Positions 9,457 through 19,025 of a stretch of DNA of 64,000 nt are shown piece after piece (positions within the stretch are counted from its first letter, which is position 1; each line of letters opens with the position of its first letter). The stretch spans positions 96,001-160,000 of the forward strand of contig JANNVQ010000030.1 of the NCBI GenBank assembly GCA_031414535.1, given 5' to 3'. The position numbers and the translations under genes were made by a program. This DNA comes from Gemmatimonas sp. Lineage in GTDB: Bacteria > Gemmatimonadota > Gemmatimonadetes > Gemmatimonadales > Gemmatimonadaceae. Under the pieces are notes generated by a model that saw only the letters and a program-made list of their open reading frames with translations, made no database searches and was not told where the DNA came from.

Positions 9457-10626
9457 ATGACCAAGATCTTTCCGGAAGACCTCGCCCAGCGCATCGGCAC
9501 CCGCGCCATCCACGCCGGCCAGCGCCCCGACCCCACCAGCGGCGCCATCATGCCGCCGATTTACCAGACCTCCACCTACGCGCAAGAAGCGCTCGGGGTC
9601 AACAAGGGCTACGAGTACGCCCGCGGAAAGAATCCCACACGCGAGGCCTTGGAGCGGAACGTCGCCGCACTCGAAAGCGCGCAGCATGGATTCGCCTTCT
9701 CCTCCGGCATGGGCTGCCTCACGAGCATCATGCTGATGTTCAAGGCCGGCGACCACATTATCGTCGGCTCCAACGTGTACGGCGGTACCTATCGCCAACT
9801 CGACAAGATCTTCACGAATTTTGGCATCGAGTTCTCGTGGATTGACATGCGCGACGTACAGCGCGTGAAGGACGCGATGAAGCCAAACACGCGCGCCGTG
9901 CTCATCGAGACGCCCACCAACCCGCTGATGCAGTTGGCTGACATCAAGGCCATCTCCGAACTCGCGAAGGCGCACAACGCCTTGAGCATCGTGGACAACA
10001 CTTTCGCCTCGCCCATCCTGCAGGCCCCACTCGCGCTTGGTGCCGACATCGTCTGGCACTCGAGCACCAAGTACCTGAACGGACACTCCGACATCATCGG
10101 GGGCGTGGCCGTCACCAACTCCGATGAACTGGGAGCCAAGCTGCAGTTCAACGCCAACGCGGCCGGCGCCGTGCCCGGGCCAATGGATGCCTGGCTCACG
10201 CTGCGCGGCACCAAGACGCTGGCCCTGCGCATGAAGCAGCACGATGCCAATGGCCGCGCGGTCGCCGAGTGGCTCGCCAATCGCCTGGGTGCTGAGCGCG
10301 TATTTTATCCGGGGCTCGCAAGTCATCCGCAGCACGAGCTCGCCAAGCGTCAGATGAGTGGCTTCGGCGGCATGTTCTCGGTGGAAACCGGCTCGAAGTC
10401 CAATGCCAACACCGTGGTGACGCGCCTCAAGCTGTTCACCCTCGCCGAATCTTTGGGCGGCGTAGAATCGTTGGTATGTCATCCGGCGGGCATGACCCAT
10501 GCCTCGGTGGAACCGGCACGACGCGCAGAGATCGGGATCACCGATGGCCTGCTCCGCTTCTCTTGCGGCGTCGAGGATACGCAGGACCTGCTCGAGGATC
10601 TCGAGCAAGCGTTCAAGGGCGTCTAA
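9457..10626 (+). CDS. cystathionine gamma-synthase / gamma-lyase (Cys/Met metabolism PLP enzyme)
   Basis: PPIYQTSTY, YARGKNPTR, ETPTNP, VDNTFASP, HSSTKYLNGHSD and LAESLGGVESL motifs. Confidence 0.93.
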   Translation: MTKIFPEDLAQRIGTRAIHAGQRPDPTSGAIMPPIYQTSTYAQEALGVNKGYEYARGKNPTREALERNVAALESAQHGFAFSSGMGCLTSIMLMFKAGDHIIVGSNVYGGTYRQLDKIFTNFGIEFSWIDMRDVQRVKDAMKPNTRAVLIETPTNPLMQLADIKAISELAKAHNALSIVDNTFASPILQAPLALGADIVWHSSTKYLNGHSDIIGGVAVTNSDELGAKLQFNANAAGAVPGPMDAWLTLRGTKTLALRMKQHDANGRAVAEWLANRLGAERVFYPGLASHPQHELAKRQMSGFGGMFSVETGSKSNANTVVTRLKLFTLAESLGGVESLVCHPAGMTHASVEPARRAEIGITDGLLRFSCGVEDTQDLLEDLEQAFKGV

Positions 10627-10643
10627 CGTCCAAGGAGTCTCGA

Positions 10644-11621
10644 ATGGCCCGCACCGTCCTCACAGATATCGCGCCCCAGAACTGGGAGCATCTCGCCGAC
10701 CGCGCCGCGCTCGCGGCGATGCGCGCATTGCCGGGCTTCGACACGGCCGTCAATGCGTTCGCCAAGGCCTTCGGCGAGCGCGGTGTGCGCCATTTGTTTC
10801 TTGCCTCCGCTGTGCGGGTCGGACCAACGCAGCGTCCACAACTCGACGCCCTCTGGACTGAAGTCCTCCAGACCATGGATTGGCCCACGCGCCCACAGCT
10901 CTATGTGACGCAGACGCCGACCATCAACGCCGGTGCCGTCGGCTTTGGCGAGCCCTTCGTCGTCGTTAATTCGGCCGCCATCGCCACGATGTCGGCCGCC
11001 GAGCTGCGCGTGCTCCTCGCCCACGAACTCGGGCACGTGATGAGCGGACACGTCACCTACCGAACCGTGGCGCAAATCGTCCTGATGCTCGGGATGGGCA
11101 ATCTGCCCTTCCTCGCGGGCGTGGCCATTCTGCCCTTCCAGCTCGCCCTCTTGGAGTGGTATCGCAAGAGCGAACTCTCCTGCGACCGCGCCGCCTTGCT
11201 CGGCACCCAGGATCCAGACCTCGTTCTCACGACCTTCATGAAGCTCGCTGGCGGCGATGCCTACGGCGATACGCTCTCACTCGATGCCTTTAAGGAACAG
11301 TCTCGCGAGTATGAGGTGGACGACTCTGCGTGGGATACCGTGCTCAAGGCCATCAATACGGCCTTCCGCCAGCACCCGTTCTTCACCGTGCGCGCCGGCG
11401 AGTTGCAGCGTTGGACCGCCAGCGGCGACTACGCTCGCATCCTTGCGGGTGAGTATCTGAAGCGCGCCGATGTGAATCCGGGCGACGGACTGGGCGATGA
11501 CATCAAGCGTGGCGCGAACTACTACGGCGATCAGGTCAAGGACGCCGTGGACAAGCTGGGTGAGTCGGCCAAACGTGCCAAAGATGCGTTCACCGATGCC
11601 ATGAGAGGCGGCTCGCGGTGA
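10644..11621 (+). CDS. M48 family Zn metallopeptidase
   Basis: HELGH zinc motif, ELSCDR, HPF..VR; AAGGAG ribosome-binding site. Confidence 0.9.
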   Translation: MARTVLTDIAPQNWEHLADRAALAAMRALPGFDTAVNAFAKAFGERGVRHLFLASAVRVGPTQRPQLDALWTEVLQTMDWPTRPQLYVTQTPTINAGAVGFGEPFVVVNSAAIATMSAAELRVLLAHELGHVMSGHVTYRTVAQIVLMLGMGNLPFLAGVAILPFQLALLEWYRKSELSCDRAALLGTQDPDLVLTTFMKLAGGDAYGDTLSLDAFKEQSREYEVDDSAWDTVLKAINTAFRQHPFFTVRAGELQRWTASGDYARILAGEYLKRADVNPGDGLGDDIKRGANYYGDQVKDAVDKLGESAKRAKDAFTDAMRGGSR

Positions 11622-12895
11622 AGATTTTGATCGTCGGCGGGGGCGGGCGCGAACACGCGCTCGCCTGGAAGTTCAAGCACGACCATCCCGCCGCCGAGAT
11701 CCTTGCGGCACCTGGCAATCCCGGCATCGCCGAGCTGGGACGCTGCATCAACTTGAAAGCGACAGATGTTGATGCCCTCCTCGCGCTCGCACAGCGCGAG
11801 CACGTGACGCTCACCGTGGTTGGCCCCGAAGCTCCGCTCGCACTCGGAATCGTGGACGTGTTTCGCGCGGCAGGGTTGCCCGCTTTCGGCCCCACCGCCG
11901 CAGCCGCTCGCATCGAGACGTCCAAGCGCTTCGCCAAGGAGTTGATGCTCCAGCACGCAATCCCAACGGCATCGGCGCAGACATTCACCACGATTGCTGA
12001 GGCGAAGGCTGAAGTGCGCCGGCTCGGCGCACCCGTGGTGGTAAAGGCCAGCGGCATCGCGGCGGGTAAGGGCGTGATTGTTGCGATGTCTCTCGCAGAA
12101 GCAGAAGCGGCGATTGACGACATGCTCGACGCCAAGGTCTTTGGCGACGCTGGCGCCGAGGTCCTCGTCGAAGAGTTTATGGAAGGCGAGGAACTGTCGC
12201 TCTTCGCACTTACCGATGGCACGAACCTGCGCACAATGCTCGCGGCACAGGATCACAAGCGCATCGGCGAGGGCGACACTGGACCCAACACCGGCGGTAT
12301 GGGTGCGTACTTGCCCGTGTCGCTCGCAACGCCCGCGTTGCTCGAGGATGTGCGCGCCCGCATTCTCGTGCCCATGTTGCAGGCCATGCGCGATGAAGGC
12401 TGCCCCTTCACGGGGCTGCTCTACGCTGGGCTGATGCTCACCAAGGACGGTCCGAAGGTGGTGGAGTTCAATTGCCGCTTTGGCGATCCGGAGACGCAGG
12501 CCGTTCTGCCGATGCTCGAGTCACCGCTGTTGGAGCTCGTGCAGGCAATCGCTGAGGGGCGTTCGATTGCCGCGTTTCCCGAGCTGGCTTGGAAGCCTGG
12601 CGCGGCCGTTACGACGGTCGTGGCGGCGGCTGGCTATCCCGGGATAGTGCGCACCGGCGATGTCATCCAGCTCCCCGCTTCGCAGCCCAACGTGACGGTG
12701 TTCCACGCTGGCACCGCGCGCGACGCCGACGGCCAACTCGTCACGGCCGGTGGACGCGTCTTCGCGGTGACGGCAGTCGCCGATGAGCTGCTCGCCGCGC
12801 AGCAGGCGAGTCAGGTGCAGGCCGGAGCCATCGCGTTCGAGGGCCGACAAGTTCGCCGCGACATCGGTTGGCGCGAACTCGCGCGGCGTGCCTGA
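11618..12895 (+). CDS. purD: phosphoribosylamine-glycine ligase
   Basis: GGGGREHAL, VGPEAPL, KASGIAAGKGV, QDHKR, GPNTGGMG and EFNCRFGDPE motifs. Confidence 0.98.
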   Translation: MKILIVGGGGREHALAWKFKHDHPAAEILAAPGNPGIAELGRCINLKATDVDALLALAQREHVTLTVVGPEAPLALGIVDVFRAAGLPAFGPTAAAARIETSKRFAKELMLQHAIPTASAQTFTTIAEAKAEVRRLGAPVVVKASGIAAGKGVIVAMSLAEAEAAIDDMLDAKVFGDAGAEVLVEEFMEGEELSLFALTDGTNLRTMLAAQDHKRIGEGDTGPNTGGMGAYLPVSLATPALLEDVRARILVPMLQAMRDEGCPFTGLLYAGLMLTKDGPKVVEFNCRFGDPETQAVLPMLESPLLELVQAIAEGRSIAAFPELAWKPGAAVTTVVAAAGYPGIVRTGDVIQLPASQPNVTVFHAGTARDADGQLVTAGGRVFAVTAVADELLAAQQASQVQAGAIAFEGRQVRRDIGWRELARRA

Positions 12896-13703
12896 GCTTC
12901 CCGAAACAGAAACCATCGCGCGCGACCTCGACGCCGCGCTGCGCGGGGCCATCATCAGAACTACCACTGTCGCACGCGCCGACGTCGTGCGCGGCGTGGC
13001 GCTCACCCGCACCGACACGCCGCACTACGCCGGGCGCGCAATCACGCGGGTGTTTCGCCGCGCCAAGGCCATCGTCATCGAGTTTGAGAACGGAAATCGC
13101 TTCGTCGTCGTCCCCCGCTTCACTGGCGCACTCCTGCTCTCAGCGCAGCCGCATCCCTACAGTTGCCTGCAGTTCCTCCTGACGGACGGCCGCACCCTGC
13201 AGTACGTAGACATTCGTCGGCTCGGCACCGTCTCGCTGCTCACGCCCGAGGCCTTCGCGGCCTGGAGCGAGGCCCTCGGACCGGAGCCGCTTGACCCAGC
13301 CCTCACCGCCGAGGCATTTTCGGGAATTCTTCGGGGGTCCCGCCGCGCCGTGAAAACTCTCTTGATGGACCAAAAGCGACTGGCTGGCGTGGGCAACATC
13401 TACGCCAACGAAGCGCTGTTCCGTGCCGGCATTCGCCCCGCGCGGCGCGCGGAGCGCGTCACGCGCGCCGAAGCAGCCACACTGCTCGCGGTGCTGCGGG
13501 CCGTGCTCAGCGAGAGCATCGCGCTGCGTGGCACCACGTTCCGTGATTTTCAGGACGCCTACGGGAATCGCGGTGGATTCGCGACGCAGCTACAGGTGTA
13601 CGGACGCGCCGGCCAGCCCTGCCTCAGCTGCGGGGCAGTACTCGAGGAGACGCATCGGCTCGAGGGCCGCAGCACCGTGTGGTGCCGCGCGTGTCAGAAG
13701 TGA
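12888..13703 (+). CDS. mutM: formamidopyrimidine-DNA glycosylase (Fpg)
   Basis: GTG start giving PELPE N-terminus, H2TH motif LMDQ..AGVGNIYANEAL, C-terminal CxxC...CxxCQ zinc finger. Confidence 0.95.
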   Translation: MPELPETETIARDLDAALRGAIIRTTTVARADVVRGVALTRTDTPHYAGRAITRVFRRAKAIVIEFENGNRFVVVPRFTGALLLSAQPHPYSCLQFLLTDGRTLQYVDIRRLGTVSLLTPEAFAAWSEALGPEPLDPALTAEAFSGILRGSRRAVKTLLMDQKRLAGVGNIYANEALFRAGIRPARRAERVTRAEAATLLAVLRAVLSESIALRGTTFRDFQDAYGNRGGFATQLQVYGRAGQPCLSCGAVLEETHRLEGRSTVWCRACQK

Positions 13704-14836
13704 GCCCGCGCCGCCGCCGTCGCCGCGGTCCGCTGCAACCACCGAAAGACGTGGAAATGCGGATTGACAACATGCTCGCGCTCGTAAAGGACACGGCGCG
13801 CGACGTGCCTGGCGTCTATCGCATGACCTCCGCCGAGGGGGAGGTCATTTACGTCGGCAAGTCCAAGGCCCTACGCACACGCCTCCTCAGCTACTTCCGC
13901 GCCAAGTTTCCCGCCGACAAGGGCGCGCGCATTCTCCGCGAGGCCGCAACGCTGGAGTGGGAGCCCCTACCCAGCGAATTCTCTGCACTGCTCCGCGAGC
14001 TTCGCCTCATTAAGCAACTGCGCCCCCGCTACAACGTCGCCATGAAGCGCGACGCGCGCTATCACGCCTTCGTACGCATTTCGCGCGCGCCGGCGCCGCG
14101 CCTGCACGTCGTGCGCGGCGCTGGCACCGACGAGACCGGCACCTACTTCGGTCCATTTCGCGGAGCCACGCAGCTTACCGAGGCCATTCGCGAGCTCAAC
14201 GATGCGCTCGGCCTGCGCGACTGCGCACTCGACACGCCGATGTTCTTTGCCGACCAGCCCGACCTCATTGACCTGCCCTCCCGCACCCCCGGCTGCATCC
14301 GGCACGAGATTGGCCGCTGCCTCGGTCCCTGCATCGGCGCGGTGCGCGAAGCCGAGTACGACGCGGCGTTCAAAGCCGCCCGCGGCTTTCTCGAGGGCGC
14401 CCACGACGCGCCCGTAATGTTGCTCCGCGCACGCATGGAGCAAGCGAGTGATGCGCTCAACTTTGAGCACGCCGCGTTGCTGCGCGACAAACTCCAGCGC
14501 CTTGAGGCGCTACGGGAGCAGTTTGCACGGCTCCGCTTTGCGCTAGAGTCGCTCAGCTTCACGTACATCGCGCCCGGAGTGCAGGGCGAGGACCGCGCCT
14601 ACGTGATTCGCCGCGGCTGTGTGCGCGCCGAAGGTCCAGCAGCCGATCGCGCGGCCCTCGAAGCGCGGGTGAGCGATGCCAGCGTCGGCGCGCGCCGTCT
14701 GAAGACCGTGCCGGGGCACGAAGTGGACGAGGTGCTTCTCATCGCGGGATGGTTCCGCAAGTTCCCCAAGCAGCTCGAGCACACCATCGCGCTTACGACC
14801 GAACCCTCAGACGCCCGAGCGCTCCTCGGGATGTAG
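13700..14836 (+). CDS. short UvrC-like (Cho-type) GIY-YIG endonuclease with UVR domain
   Basis: PGVYRM..IYVGKSKALRTRLLSYF, PRYN, YFGPF, Cys cluster, MEQASDALNFEHAALLRD; no RNase H or HhH C-terminal half. Confidence 0.85.
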   Translation: MSPRRRRRRGPLQPPKDVEMRIDNMLALVKDTARDVPGVYRMTSAEGEVIYVGKSKALRTRLLSYFRAKFPADKGARILREAATLEWEPLPSEFSALLRELRLIKQLRPRYNVAMKRDARYHAFVRISRAPAPRLHVVRGAGTDETGTYFGPFRGATQLTEAIRELNDALGLRDCALDTPMFFADQPDLIDLPSRTPGCIRHEIGRCLGPCIGAVREAEYDAAFKAARGFLEGAHDAPVMLLRARMEQASDALNFEHAALLRDKLQRLEALREQFARLRFALESLSFTYIAPGVQGEDRAYVIRRGCVRAEGPAADRAALEARVSDASVGARRLKTVPGHEVDEVLLIAGWFRKFPKQLEHTIALTTEPSDARALLGM

Positions 14837-16075
14837 GCGGCGCAGCCGCCTGAGCGACGGCACGAACCACGCAATTGCTCCCACAACACCAAGCGTCGCG
14901 AGCCCACCGACGACCACGCTGCCCACCGGCCCCCACCAGCGTGCCGTCACCCCGGACTCGAACATGCCAATCTCGTTCGAGCTCCCGATGAAAATCTGAT
15001 TCACCGAGCTCACGCGCCCCAACAATCCCTCTGGTGTGCGCGACTGCAGCAGCGTGCTGCGAATCACCACGCTCACCATGTCGCACATCCCACTCGCGGT
15101 AAGCAGCGCCACCGACAGCCAGAAGCTCGTCGAGAGTCCGAAGCCCAGCATGCAGAGGCCGAACCCGGCCACCGCCGCCAGCAGAATCTTTCCCGTGTTG
15201 TCCCAATCGCGGCGGCGCGCCAGCAGGATGCTCGTCGTGACTGCGCCGATTGCTGGCGCCGCGCGGAGTATACCAAGTCCCGTTGGCCCCACGTGCAGGA
15301 TCTCAGCCGCGAAGATAGGCAGCAACGCCACCGCGCCGCCAAAGAATACTGAGAACAGATCCAAGGTGAGTGCGCCCAGAAGCACCGGCTCCCGCGCCAC
15401 GAATCGCACACCGCCGGCCACCGACGCCAACACGCCTTCCTTAGCCTCGCCGCGTTCCGGAGAACGGTGCGAGATGCTCACCAGCAACATCGTCGCGGCC
15501 ACCATCAGCGCCGCGTCAACGCCGTACGCGAGCCGCGAGCCGCCCACCGCATAGAGCACACCGCCCAGCGCCGGCCCAATCACGCTCGCCAACTGCCAAC
15601 TCCCGCTACGCCAGGTGATAGCGTTGGCGAAGAGTTCGCGCGGCACCAACTCGGCCGACAATGCCTGCCGCGCCGGTTGTAGGAAGGCGCGCGCCACGCC
15701 GCTTACCACAATCACGCCATAGATGGCAGTCACCCGTCCACGTGTGAGCATCTCGGCGCCCAGCGGGCGTGCCCCAGCGAGCACCCAGAGCGCGACGCTG
15801 CAGCCCACGAGCAACCACAGGGCCGCCAGCGCCACGCGCCGCCGGTCACGCCGGTCCGCCACGTGCCCGGCAAACAGCGCTAGGCTGATGGCTGGCAAGG
15901 CCTCGGCTAAACCAATCATCCCGAGGGCCAGCGGGTCCTTGGTGAGGTCGTAAATCTGCCAGCCCACGACCGTCCCTTGGATTTGAATGCCCAAGGTCAG
16001 GGTGAAGAGGGTGACGATGTACCGCGCAAAACGCGGGAGCCGCAGGGCGGCGTATGGGTCTGACTGGGTCGGCAT
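14807..16075 (-). CDS. MFS transporter (MFS_3/EntS-like)
   Basis: About 12 TM segments; motif A GHVADRRDRR; LDLFSVFFGGAVALLP. Confidence 0.9.
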   Translation of the reverse strand: MPTQSDPYAALRLPRFARYIVTLFTLTLGIQIQGTVVGWQIYDLTKDPLALGMIGLAEALPAISLALFAGHVADRRDRRRVALAALWLLVGCSVALWVLAGARPLGAEMLTRGRVTAIYGVIVVSGVARAFLQPARQALSAELVPRELFANAITWRSGSWQLASVIGPALGGVLYAVGGSRLAYGVDAALMVAATMLLVSISHRSPERGEAKEGVLASVAGGVRFVAREPVLLGALTLDLFSVFFGGAVALLPIFAAEILHVGPTGLGILRAAPAIGAVTTSILLARRRDWDNTGKILLAAVAGFGLCMLGFGLSTSFWLSVALLTASGMCDMVSVVIRSTLLQSRTPEGLLGRVSSVNQIFIGSSNEIGMFESGVTARWWGPVGSVVVGGLATLGVVGAIAWFVPSLRRLRRLHPEERSGV

Positions 16076-16122
16076 TAGCGCGGCGAGAGCATCGGGGCGT
16101 GAATGATATTATCATTTCTCGC

Positions 16123-16500
16123 ATGCGAGTCCTCGTTGCGGATGATGATCGCCAGCTGTCCACCTTGCTCTGCCAAATGTTGCAGAGTGCCGGACATCAG
16201 GCCTTTCCTGCGTTTGACGGGGCATCCACGATGATGGCCGCCGTCCGCACGCCGACGCCGGACCTCATTCTGCTCGACCTGCAGATGCCAGCCGGCGACG
16301 GGCAGACCACGCTCGCCAAGCTCAAGGCTTCGTCAAAGACAACGAGTATCCCAGTCATCGTGCTCAGCGCCAGTGCGGATGCGCTCACACAGTCAAATGT
16401 GCGCGCCCTCGGCGCCGCGGCGTTCCTCGCCAAGCCTGTGGACCCCGACACCTTCATTGACGTGATCGAGGCTTTTGGCCCGCCCCCTCGGAATCGCTAA
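16123..16500 (+). CDS. single-domain response regulator (CheY-like)
   Basis: VLVADDD, PDLILLDLQMP..DG and FLAKPV motifs. Confidence 0.92.
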   Translation: MRVLVADDDRQLSTLLCQMLQSAGHQAFPAFDGASTMMAAVRTPTPDLILLDLQMPAGDGQTTLAKLKASSKTTSIPVIVLSASADALTQSNVRALGAAAFLAKPVDPDTFIDVIEAFGPPPRNR

Positions 16501-16504
16501 CAAC

Positions 16505-17920
16505 GTGCTCCTCCTCCGTCATATCGCATCGCCGCTGCTCCTGACCCTCGTTGGACTCCTCGCCGCCACAACCGTCAGGGCACAAGAGCCAGGCTTCACC
16601 GTCCTCAGTGCGTACGCAGAGGACGCGGACGGTGCCGCGACGCTCCAGCCAGGCCGCGTCATCAATATCGTCCTCATCGCCAACAACCAAGGTGAGTCCG
16701 CGGCGCGCAACGCCCGCGTGCGCGTCGAGCTCCGCACTTCCACGGTCAGCTTCGTGAACGAACCGGCGCTGCGTACCACCGACGCCGTACTCGGCGACTT
16801 CGGTGCTCGCGTAAGTCAGCAGGTCTTCATTCCAGTCACGGCCACCGAGCGCACGGCCAGCATAGAAATCATTGTGACGCCGCTGTTCGACGGGCAGAGT
16901 GGCGCACCTGTACCGCAGACGCATCGGTTTCCCACCGGCTTCGCCGGCGCCAGCAATGCGAGTCCATCCGTTTCCACCGGCGTCGCAGCGGGAACCCCAG
17001 GTGTAGCCACACCCGGTGTCGGCGCGCGCCGAACCGAGGTGGCTCGCCCCGCCGCGGGAAGTCGCCTCACGAGGGCCCAACTGGCCGCGTTGCCACTCGA
17101 TGCCTCTCGCTATCTCCAGCCAGACCGGGCCGTGTCTGGGGCCCTTGGGCGTGCCGGCTTACGCCTCAACAACAACTCGCCCGTAGAGATTTGGTACTAC
17201 GAAGGCGTGGCGGGTGAGCGCGTCACCATCACCCTCACGTCGCCATCGCTCGACACCTACCTGATGCTCAATCGGCTCGGCACCGCTCGTGACATCGCCA
17301 CCGATGATGATGGCGCGGGCAATCTCAACTCGCGCATCACGCAGCGGCTTCCAGAGACCGGAACCTACGTGATCATCGCCAACGCCCTCGGGGTACGAGC
17401 GAACGGAGACTACACGCTCACGCTCAACAGCGACCGAGCCGCCACGGTCACGAGCGCTCCGAGCATCGAGACGCCGACTTCATCGCTGAAGGGCGCTGCC
17501 GCCGCTGGAATCAGCACGCCGGGCTCGCTGGCCACGGCCGGACGTCCGCTCACCGTGCCCGAGGTCCTCGCGTACGCCGTGGACGCCAGTCGCGTCGTGC
17601 GCATGGGGGCCACAGTCTCCGGGCGCCTCACCGCGAGCGACCCCAAGCTCACGGACAACACTTATTTCCACGCGTACTATTTCAATGGCTTCGAGGGCGA
17701 CCGCGTGTCCATAACGCTGCGCTCAGGGGACTTCGACGCCTACCTGCACTTTGGACAGCTCGGGGCGTCGGCCGCACTCGCCAACGACGATGACTCGGGC
17801 GGCGGAAGGAATTCTCGTGTGACGGTCACGCTTCCCGCCACGGGGACCTACGTGATCATCGCGAACGTGCTCTCAGGCGGTGACCGCGGCGCCTACACGC
17901 TTGAGGTTCGCTCGCCCTGA
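16505..17920 (+). CDS. secreted protein with two pre-peptidase C-terminal (PPC)-like domains
   Basis: Signal peptide ending VRA-Q; two repeats of G.RV.ITL.S..(L/F)D.YL...DDD.G...NSR....LP.TGTYVIIAN; start codon approximate. Confidence 0.8.
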   Translation: MLLLRHIASPLLLTLVGLLAATTVRAQEPGFTVLSAYAEDADGAATLQPGRVINIVLIANNQGESAARNARVRVELRTSTVSFVNEPALRTTDAVLGDFGARVSQQVFIPVTATERTASIEIIVTPLFDGQSGAPVPQTHRFPTGFAGASNASPSVSTGVAAGTPGVATPGVGARRTEVARPAAGSRLTRAQLAALPLDASRYLQPDRAVSGALGRAGLRLNNNSPVEIWYYEGVAGERVTITLTSPSLDTYLMLNRLGTARDIATDDDGAGNLNSRITQRLPETGTYVIIANALGVRANGDYTLTLNSDRAATVTSAPSIETPTSSLKGAAAAGISTPGSLATAGRPLTVPEVLAYAVDASRVVRMGATVSGRLTASDPKLTDNTYFHAYYFNGFEGDRVSITLRSGDFDAYLHFGQLGASAALANDDDSGGGRNSRVTVTLPATGTYVIIANVLSGGDRGAYTLEVRSP

Positions 17921-17931
17921 GTTGGGCGCGC

Positions 17932-18414
17932 TCAGACGCTGAGTTCCACGAGTTCAACATCAGCCGCGCCATCCACAATCGTCAGGATGCCCACGCAGGG
18001 ACGCAAATCAAATCGGCGCGGGCCGGCCGCGCCGGGGTTCACGATGAGCTGCTGACCCACGCGCTCAACGATTTGCTTATGCGTGTGGCCGTACACGCAG
18101 ACATCCGCGTCGTACGCCGCGGCCACCTGCGCCGGCTTCGGCCGACCAAGTTCGTCACCGTGCTGCACGTGAATGCGCACGCCGCCTATGCTCAGATCAA
18201 GCGCCTCACGCAGCGAGGGATCAAAGGGATCGTCGCAGTTCCCGAATACGGCCTGCGTCGGCGCGATGAGGCCCAGCTCCATGAGAATGGTGTCGCTGCA
18301 CACGTCGCCAGCGTGCAGAATCCGCGAGACGCCAGCAAACACCTCGTGTACCTGAGGACGCAACAACCCATGCGTATCGGAAATGAGCCCGATGCGGATT
18401 GGCGCTGCCGTCAC
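17932..18414 (-). CDS. YfcE/MJ0936-family metallophosphoesterase
   Basis: ISDTHG, HAGD, GNCD, HG, GHTH and NPG motifs. Confidence 0.92.
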   Translation of the reverse strand: MTAAPIRIGLISDTHGLLRPQVHEVFAGVSRILHAGDVCSDTILMELGLIAPTQAVFGNCDDPFDPSLREALDLSIGGVRIHVQHGDELGRPKPAQVAAAYDADVCVYGHTHKQIVERVGQQLIVNPGAAGPRRFDLRPCVGILTIVDGAADVELVELSV

Positions 18415-19025
18415 TCGCCCTCGGCCTCGCCCCAGCGAGGGGCCAAGCTGTTGGCAACGCCAAGATGGTCCAGCGCGCGGGCCACGATGAAGTCCACCAT
18501 CTCGCTGATGCTCTCGGGCCGATTGTAGAAGCCCGGTGCCGCCGGCATCACCGTCGCACCCGCGAGCGTAACGCGACGCATGTTCTCAATATGAATGAGC
18601 GAGAGAGGCGTCTCGCGCGTCACCATCAGCAGGGGACGACGTTCCTTGAGCGCCACATCGGCCGCGCGCTCCACCAACGAGCGCGAGGTTCCGGCCGCGA
18701 TGCTCGCTAAGGTGCCCATCGAGCAGGGGCAAATCACCATGCCGCCAGCCAACGAAGACCCAGAGGCCGGAGCGGCGCCGCGATCGGCATCATCAAAGAC
18801 CGTCACCAGCCGATCGAAGCGCTCTTCTCCCACCACACCGCGAAGCCCTACGAGATCGCCCACCTCACTCTCTGTGCGCAACAAGCGAAACCCGTGCGAG
18901 CTCACGATGAGCGAGATTCGACGCTCAGCCACGAGCAACTGCTCAAGCAGCCGAATCCCGTAGGGCGCACCGGAAGCTCCGGTAATCGCCATCACAATCG
19001 GCGCATCCACTGGAAGCGGTCGCAT
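18411..19025 (-). CDS. ubiX: flavin prenyltransferase (UbiX/MqnM)
   Basis: AITGASGAPYG, PCSMGTLASIA, RAADVALKERR, RETPLS and PGFY motifs. Confidence 0.95.
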   Translation of the reverse strand: MRPLPVDAPIVMAITGASGAPYGIRLLEQLLVAERRISLIVSSHGFRLLRTESEVGDLVGLRGVVGEERFDRLVTVFDDADRGAAPASGSSLAGGMVICPCSMGTLASIAAGTSRSLVERAADVALKERRPLLMVTRETPLSLIHIENMRRVTLAGATVMPAAPGFYNRPESISEMVDFIVARALDHLGVANSLAPRWGEAEGE

